A stretch of DNA of 63,209 nt from Pseudomonadota bacterium. GTDB taxonomy: Bacteria > Myxococcota_A > Polyangia > Polyangiales > JAFGIB01. The stretch lies in assembly GCA_017881185.1 (NCBI GenBank), contig JADGRE010000005.1, positions 1 through 63,209 of the forward strand. The letters run 5' to 3'. The notes below the pieces were generated by a model. The model saw only the letters and a program-made list of their open reading frames with translations, did no database searches and was not told where the DNA came from. A program made the translations under genes and the position numbers. Positions 57,447 to 63,209 of this stretch are shown here, piece after piece. Numbering within the stretch: position 1 is the first letter of the stretch; every line of letters begins with the position of its first letter.

Positions 57447-60380
57447 TCAAGGCGCGTAGCGCAGCCGCCGCAGCGTGCCCGTCCGCCGCACCTCCAGGCT
57501 GTGCGCGGTGCCGGCACCCAACTGCAACATGCCGCGCGCTTGCGCCGCCGAGCGCACCAGCTCGGCGTCCACGGTCAGCAGTAAGTCGCCTGCCTTCAGC
57601 CCGGCCCGCGCGGCCGGCGAACCGTCGACCACGGCGTCTACCACTACCGCTCCGGCGCGGTTGCGTACGCTCAGCGCTGGGCTTCTGCCATCTGCATTGG
57701 CGGGGCCGGTCGCGCTGTCGCGCTGTGCCTCGGGGGCGTCGACCAACTCGGGCAAGCGCAGCACCACCCCGGGGGTCTCCTGCCGCGTGAACACGCGCGT
57801 CGGCGCGCTCGCTGCAGTCTCGCCTGCTTGTGCATGCCGTGCGCGTAGGCTCGTGTCGCCGGGCGGCAAGTTGGTCAACACGAAGTGTCCCGCGTGATCG
57901 GTGCGCGTGGCGTGCGCCCAACCGGGCGGCTCGGTGGCTGCGACTTCCGCATTCCACACCGGTACGCCGCGGCGGTCGACCACGTCGCCGCTGACGCTGC
58001 CCGCCGGCACCAGCACGAACGCCTCGGGCGGTCGGTCTTCCGCGCGCGCGCCCCCGCTGACCAGCGCATTTCGGCTCTGCGAGATGAATCCCGAAGCATC
58101 CACACTAAGCGTGTAAGTCCCATCGCTTAGGTGCTGAAACTCGAACAAACCGTCGCTGTCGCTGCGGGCCGTGCGCGGCACGCTCAGCCAGCCGGCCGTG
58201 AGCGTGATGCGCGCGCCTTGCAGTGCGGCGTTGGCGTCGCCGTCGAGCACCGCGCCTTGCAGTGTTCCGCCCGCTTGCAGGCGGATCTCCAGCTCGTGCT
58301 CCACCGACGTGACACGCAGCGGCTTGCCGGCCGCGTATTGCGGTTGATCCACGCTGACGTTGTACGGTGGCGGTGGCAGCCCCGGCGCTTCGAAGGTGCC
58401 GTCGGGCGCCGACAACACCGTCAGCGCGAACGAGGTGCTGGCTGCCAACGCGCGCACGTTCACGCTGGCGCTCTCGATCGCTCGGCCTCTGTCATCGAGC
58501 ACGCGTCCGCGCAGCGTCTTGGTCTCGCTATCGAGCACGAGCACCACCTTGGCCGTGCCGCGCGCCTCGACCTGCGCCGCGCTGCGCACTGGCGGAAGCC
58601 CGTACGGGAACGCCGTCACCTGGACATTGCCGACCAGCGCATCGAAGCGGAATGAACCGTCGCGCGCGCTCAGTGCAGAACGCTGCGATCCGTCGCGGTC
58701 GACGAGCAGTTGCACCCGCACGTGAGGGATCGGTTGCCCGTTGGGATCCTGCAGCTCGCCTTCGAGCACACCGCCGCGCGTGAGCCGAAGCTCCACGCCC
58801 GAGCTCTGCTCGCCCGAGCCCAAGCGCACGGCGACCGGCGCGCTGGTCGCGAAGCCGGCATGGCTCGCGCACAAGCGCAATGCCCCTGGCGGCACGCCGT
58901 TGAGTTGAAACTGACCCTTGGCATCGCTGCGGAACGCTGCGGCCTGGGTGTCAGCTTCGGCGCTTGCCCGGGCGTCCGGTGTGACCGGTCCAGCCAGTGG
59001 AATGGCTGGGATGCCGCCATGCATCACGCCGAGGTTCTCGCCTCCGGTCGCCTGCTGACTGTTGCTCGCGTTGGCGTCGCGCGGTGCCCAGGCAGAGCTC
59101 GCGCTGAGATCCACGTTGGTGCCTGTGATGCTCGTGCCGCGCACCACGACGTTGGCGTCCGGCACGGGCTCGCCATCGTCGTCGAGCACTTGCCCGCTGA
59201 TCGAGCCGGCCCGAAGCAGCGCGAGCGGGAGCGCCTGGCCACCCGGTCGCACCCAGCCATCGAACGCCACGTAGCCTTGCGCGCGCGCAGCCACGCGTTG
59301 CGTCACAGCGCGCAACCCACCCAGGCTGAAGCCGCCGTCCGCCGCGGTCTGGGTCCCGCGCGTGGGGGCGCTCAGCGCCTCTTCTTGCAGTTGCACGCTG
59401 GCGCCGGCGATCGCTCCGCCGGTCTGCGCGTCGTACACGCGGCCGGTGAGCAGCACCCCCGGGGCCAGCTGCAGGTCGACCTGCACGAGCCCACCGGGGT
59501 CGACCGCCAACCCCTCGACCGGTGCGCTCACCTGGCCTGCGTGCTCAGCCCGGAGCTCGTACACGCCCTCCGGAATGGGCTCGAAGCGAAAACTGCCCAA
59601 GCTGTCCGACTGCACTTTCGCGTTCGGCCAGACGCCGCTGCCGGCCAGCGTGACGGTAGCACCCGCGATAGCAGCGCCAGCCTTGTCGAGGGTGCGTCCG
59701 GCAATTGCGGCCGTGCGAGGTAGCACGACGGTTACGGATTGTGTCGCGGGCGCTGCCACGTTGCGCACCACGCTGCGCTGATGAATCTCCAGCGAAACAT
59801 CCAGGTCGATCATCCCTGGCGGAAGAGTATCAAAGGCGAATGCACCCGTGTCGTTTGTGATCGTCTCCGATGCAATTGGGATCGTCTCTGCTCCTGCGGC
59901 ATTGCCGGGCGAGGCACGCACCCGCGCGCCGGGCAGTGCCTTGCCCGTCTCGTCTTGCACCGTGCCTGCGATGCGTGCACCTGGTGGCAGCACCACGCGA
60001 ACCGTGCGCGGACCCGGTTGAGCGCTCAGCACGGTGCGCACGAACCCCGCGTGGTCGATTGACACCTCGAGCGGGCTGTCTGGACAGTCCGTGAAGCGCA
60101 CATGGCCGGTCGGGTCGGCGGCGGCCTGTGCCCGAAAGGCATTGCCGGCGCTGGCGTTGACGAGCCCCCCGGCGACGGGGTGGCCATCACTATCCACCAG
60201 CAGTAGCAGCAGCAGCTGGCCGCTCCGCAAGCCCAGCCGGTGCGGACCCGCAACGGGCACTTCCGGCGCCTGCCGCAACCGCAGTCCCACGCCGATCGCC
60301 ACGACGGCGACGGTCGCGAGGGCTGCCAGCAGGCGCGCACGGGCGCGGCTGGGTCGGGGCGGCTGGGGCGTCTCGGACAT
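57447..60380 (-). CDS. membrane-anchored protein with tandem carboxypeptidase-regulatory-like domains and C-terminal PDZ
   Basis: N-terminal TM; about 9 'G.V.D..G..I.GA.V...T...G.F' repeats; 'GSPAARAGLKAGD.LL.VD' PDZ. Confidence 0.85.
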   Translation of the reverse strand: MSETPQPPRPSRARARLLAALATVAVVAIGVGLRLRQAPEVPVAGPHRLGLRSGQLLLLLLVDSDGHPVAGGLVNASAGNAFRAQAAADPTGHVRFTDCPDSPLEVSIDHAGFVRTVLSAQPGPRTVRVVLPPGARIAGTVQDETGKALPGARVRASPGNAAGAETIPIASETITNDTGAFAFDTLPPGMIDLDVSLEIHQRSVVRNVAAPATQSVTVVLPRTAAIAGRTLDKAGAAIAGATVTLAGSGVWPNAKVQSDSLGSFRFEPIPEGVYELRAEHAGQVSAPVEGLAVDPGGLVQVDLQLAPGVLLTGRVYDAQTGGAIAGASVQLQEEALSAPTRGTQTAADGGFSLGGLRAVTQRVAARAQGYVAFDGWVRPGGQALPLALLRAGSISGQVLDDDGEPVPDANVVVRGTSITGTNVDLSASSAWAPRDANASNSQQATGGENLGVMHGGIPAIPLAGPVTPDARASAEADTQAAAFRSDAKGQFQLNGVPPGALRLCASHAGFATSAPVAVRLGSGEQSSGVELRLTRGGVLEGELQDPNGQPIPHVRVQLLVDRDGSQRSALSARDGSFRFDALVGNVQVTAFPYGLPPVRSAAQVEARGTAKVVLVLDSETKTLRGRVLDDRGRAIESASVNVRALAASTSFALTVLSAPDGTFEAPGLPPPPYNVSVDQPQYAAGKPLRVTSVEHELEIRLQAGGTLQGAVLDGDANAALQGARITLTAGWLSVPRTARSDSDGLFEFQHLSDGTYTLSVDASGFISQSRNALVSGGARAEDRPPEAFVLVPAGSVSGDVVDRRGVPVWNAEVAATEPPGWAHATRTDHAGHFVLTNLPPGDTSLRARHAQAGETAASAPTRVFTRQETPGVVLRLPELVDAPEAQRDSATGPANADGRSPALSVRNRAGAVVVDAVVDGSPAARAGLKAGDLLLTVDAELVRSAAQARGMLQLGAGTAHSLEVRRTGTLRRLRYAP

Positions 60381-60464
60381 GCGGGCAGAGCGTACGCTGC
60401 TGCGCGTCAAGGTTGCCACCCGCGTCGTGCAGTGCTACACGCTGCCCCCTGGTGAGGTAACAGC

Positions 60465-60656
60465 ATGTCTTTCGTCTGTGATTACTGTGGAAAGGGCCGC
60501 CAAAAGGCCCACAAGGTCAGCCACTCGAACATCAAGACGCGCAAGTGGCAGGAGCCCAATCTCCAGCCGGTGCGCGCGATGCGCGATGGCCAGGTGGTGC
60601 GGGTTCGCGCCTGCACGCGCTGCATCCGCACGGGCCGTGTGAGCAAGGCGGCTTGA
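60465..60656 (+). CDS. rpmB: 50S ribosomal protein L28 (zinc-ribbon form)
   Basis: 'CDYCGK...VSHSNIKTRKWQEPNLQ...CTRCIR'; GAGGT RBS. Confidence 0.95.
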   Translation: MSFVCDYCGKGRQKAHKVSHSNIKTRKWQEPNLQPVRAMRDGQVVRVRACTRCIRTGRVSKAA

Positions 60657-60688
60657 GGCTAGCGAGCGGCCGCAGGCACGCTCGCCCA

Positions 60689-61771
60689 GTGCGTGTCGAC
60701 CCTCGCGTCAACAGCGAGGGGCTCGACATCGACGAGCCGCTGCCGCCACGGCCCGAGGGTAGTCCGCCCGACGCGGTCGTGCTCACCTTCAAGGTTCCGT
60801 CCGAGCTTGCGGGCTTGCGGCTGGATCGCTTCATCCAGCATCGCATCCCGCGGCTGTCGCGTACGCGTGCGCAGGCCATCATTCGTGGCTGTGCCGTGCG
60901 GCTCGATGGCGTGCGGCGTCGCCCTTCGGACATCGTGCACCAGGGCGAGACCGTGTACCTGGTGCGCGAGCGCTTCGTCGAGCCGACCACGCCGCTGCAC
61001 TACGGCGTCGTCTACGAAGACGAGTGCGTGTTGATCGTCGACAAGCCTGCGGGCTTGCCGATGCATCCGACTGCGACTTACCACAAGCACACGCTCAGCT
61101 ACTTGTTGCGCGAGAAGTACGCGGGCAGCTTCGCGCCGCGCATCGCGCATCGCCTCGATCGCGAGACCAGTGGTCTCGTGGTGTGTGGGCGCACGCGTGA
61201 AGCGGAGCGCGTGCTCAAGCGGCAGTTTGCCGAGCACGGCGTGCGCAAGACTTACCTCGCCATCGTGCGCGGCGAGCTGGCGCAAGACACCGGCGAGATC
61301 GCGGTGCCGATCGGGCCGGTGCGCGAGGGACTGCACGTGCGGATGGAGGTGCGCGAGGACGGCCTGCCTTCGCACACGCACTTTCGCGTGCACGCGCGTG
61401 TGGCCGGGCACACGTTGGTCGAGCTGTTTCCGCGCACGGGCCGCCAGCACCAGCTGCGCGTGCACCTGTCATCGATCGGTCATCCCATCGTGGGCGACAA
61501 GCTGTACGGCCCCGAGCGCGAGGCGCCGTTCCTCGAGCAGATCGAGACGGGCATGACGCCCGAGCTCGAAGCGCGGTTGGGTCATAGCCGGCAGGCGCTG
61601 CACGCGCATCGACTCATGTTCCAGCACCCGGGCACGGGGCAAGAGCACGTCGCAGTGGCGGAGCTGGCGCCGGACCTGCAAGCACTGTGGTCGCGTTTGG
61701 GCGGCACCTGGCACGCCGCTACGACGAGTGCTGTCGCGGCGGCGCAGACGCGCGCGCTGCTGCACGATTGA
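60689..61771 (+). CDS. RluA/RluD-family pseudouridine synthase with S4 domain
   Basis: 'RLDRFI' S4 domain, 'VDKPAGL', catalytic 'HRLDRETSG', 'TGRQHQLRVH', 'RQALHA'. Start approximate. Confidence 0.93.
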   Translation: MRVDPRVNSEGLDIDEPLPPRPEGSPPDAVVLTFKVPSELAGLRLDRFIQHRIPRLSRTRAQAIIRGCAVRLDGVRRRPSDIVHQGETVYLVRERFVEPTTPLHYGVVYEDECVLIVDKPAGLPMHPTATYHKHTLSYLLREKYAGSFAPRIAHRLDRETSGLVVCGRTREAERVLKRQFAEHGVRKTYLAIVRGELAQDTGEIAVPIGPVREGLHVRMEVREDGLPSHTHFRVHARVAGHTLVELFPRTGRQHQLRVHLSSIGHPIVGDKLYGPEREAPFLEQIETGMTPELEARLGHSRQALHAHRLMFQHPGTGQEHVAVAELAPDLQALWSRLGGTWHAATTSAVAAAQTRALLHD

Positions 61772-61806
61772 CGCCCCGGACGGCTGTGGCAAAGTCCGAG
61801 ACCGAC

Positions 61807-62397
61807 ATGCGCTCCACACTCGCCATCTGTGCAACCGGGTTGCTGCTGCTGTCATTTGGCACCGCCTGCGGCAGCAGCACGGCGGCGGGTGGCGTGCACC
61901 CGACTTCACCGTTCACGGACGCCGACGCCAAGCTCTTCGAAGACGGCGTCGACTTCGTCTCCGATCCAGCAGCGCTCGGCGGTCGCTGGGCCGAAGAGGC
62001 CGAGCGCGAAGCCATTGGCCGCATCGACGCCGCCGATGCGATCACAGTCGTCACCGTGACCGCGCTGCGCACCGACATCGATCCGCAGCAGCGCACCACC
62101 TACGGCATCGCGACCACGACCGTCGAGAACATCAAGGGCACACTCGGCGGCGACCCCATCACGCTCTCGGTCAGCGGCGACGCGCCCGGCTACGCCACCA
62201 TCGATCGGGACCGCCAGCGCTTGCTCAACGAGCGCCTGGTCGCGTTCGTGAAGTGGTACGCCAAGCACGACGGCACGGTGGGCACCCACTTTCACCTGTC
62301 GATCGCATCGCCCGTCGTGTTGCAGCAGGTGCGCCAGCGGCTCGACAGGAACAAGCCGAGCAAGAGCATCATCATCGAGAAGAACGTGCAGGAGTAG
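61807..62397 (+). CDS. hypothetical lipoprotein
   Basis: GTAC lipobox after a hydrophobic stretch; biased codon usage. Confidence 0.75.
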   Translation: MRSTLAICATGLLLLSFGTACGSSTAAGGVHPTSPFTDADAKLFEDGVDFVSDPAALGGRWAEEAEREAIGRIDAADAITVVTVTALRTDIDPQQRTTYGIATTTVENIKGTLGGDPITLSVSGDAPGYATIDRDRQRLLNERLVAFVKWYAKHDGTVGTHFHLSIASPVVLQQVRQRLDRNKPSKSIIIEKNVQE

Positions 62398-62465
62398 CCG
62401 CGTTCGCTGCGCATGTGCTTTGCACTTGGGTCATGTATGCTCTGCAGCTAGCAGGGAGACCCCAA

Positions 62466-63008
62466 ATGCGTTCCATCCGCTTCAACGTTCTGTGTGTCGC
62501 TGCAGGGCTGGCTGGTGTCATGTTCGCCGCAGGGTGCGGGTCCAAGTCGAGTCCCGAGACAGCGGCGCCCGCGCCCAGCCCGACCGCGGCCGCAGAGAAG
62601 CCCGCGCCGGCGGCGCCCGCGCCGTCAGCACCGGTCGCACAAGCCGCCACCAGCGCCATCGATGATCCCAGCTTCTCGTTGCATCTGGTGCCTGCCGGTC
62701 CGTACAAGGTCGGCGAGCTCGGCCGCGTGGTGGTGCAGCTCGAGCCGCACGGCGTGTTCCACGTGAACCAGGAATACCCGATCGAGATCGCGCTCAGCGG
62801 CGACGCCGATACCGCGTTCCCGAAGGCCAAGCTCGAACGCGCCGACGCCGCCGAATTCGGCGAGAAGAAAGCCAAGTTCGAGGCGCCGTTCACGGCGAAG
62901 GTCGCGGGCGAGCACAAGCTGCTGGCCAACGTGAAGTTCGCGGTGTGCACGCCCGAGAACTGCGTTCCGGACGAGCGCAACCTCGTGCTCGCCGTGGCCG
63001 TGAACTAG
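62466..63008 (+). CDS. lipoprotein with DsbD-N-like Ig-fold domain
   Basis: AAGC lipobox; Pro/Ala linker; 'FHVNQEYP' and 'FAVCTPENCVP' Cys pair; GGGAG RBS. Confidence 0.7.
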   Translation: MRSIRFNVLCVAAGLAGVMFAAGCGSKSSPETAAPAPSPTAAAEKPAPAAPAPSAPVAQAATSAIDDPSFSLHLVPAGPYKVGELGRVVVQLEPHGVFHVNQEYPIEIALSGDADTAFPKAKLERADAAEFGEKKAKFEAPFTAKVAGEHKLLANVKFAVCTPENCVPDERNLVLAVAVN

Positions 63009-63012
63009 GCCC

Positions 63013-63209
63013 ATGCCGAGCCGATCCGGCAGCGAATTGGAAGCGCTCAGCGCTTCGATCAAAGAGCGCTTCCTGCTCGAGAAGCGCGTGCTCTCGTTCG
63101 ACGAGTACATCGAGGAGTTCCTGAAGCAGCCGCTGCGTCACTCGCGCGACGCTTCGCGCTACGTGCACGACTGCTTCGACTTCTACGGCAGCTACAAGCT
63201 GCAAACCCC
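63013..63209 (+). CDS. 5' fragment, probable PrkA-family serine kinase/AAA protein
   Basis: MPSRSGSELEALSASIKERFLLEKRVLSFDEY...SRDASRYVHDCFDFYG runs off the window end and resembles recalled myxobacterial PrkA N-termini. Confidence 0.6.
   Translation, partial: MPSRSGSELEALSASIKERFLLEKRVLSFDEYIEEFLKQPLRHSRDASRYVHDCFDFYGSYKLQT

Overview
High-GC bacterial chromosome segment, very probably from a myxobacterium (Polyangiales/Sorangiineae-like, inferred from gene content). The centre (about 12-41.5 kb) holds an Agl-Glt-type gliding-motility apparatus: two GltA/GltB-family outer-membrane barrels, a CglC/GltK-like lipoprotein, a contiguous gltC-gltD-gltE-gltF-gltG run, a TPR protein and a 3379-aa GltI/AgmK-like TPR protein. 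ftsY, yraN and unexplained HAMP and HEAT genes are interleaved with it. The left end carries a redox module: a 13-heme cytochrome c coupled to a truncated upstream gene, an Ig-domain/CX4CH cytochrome lipoprotein, a DsbA with a CcmH-like N-terminal domain, and a TlpA. Next come a GlnR-like atypical regulator preceded by a GlnR-type box, pdxA, and a 48-aa membrane protein absent from the ORF track. The right third is mostly housekeeping (tsaE, carB, greA, recG, rpmB, RluA-family, partial PrkA-family) plus an orphan MglA-family GTPase and several envelope proteins. I saw no tRNA, rRNA, CRISPR array or mobile element. All family calls come from motifs recognised by eye and from recalled family knowledge; no database search was run.
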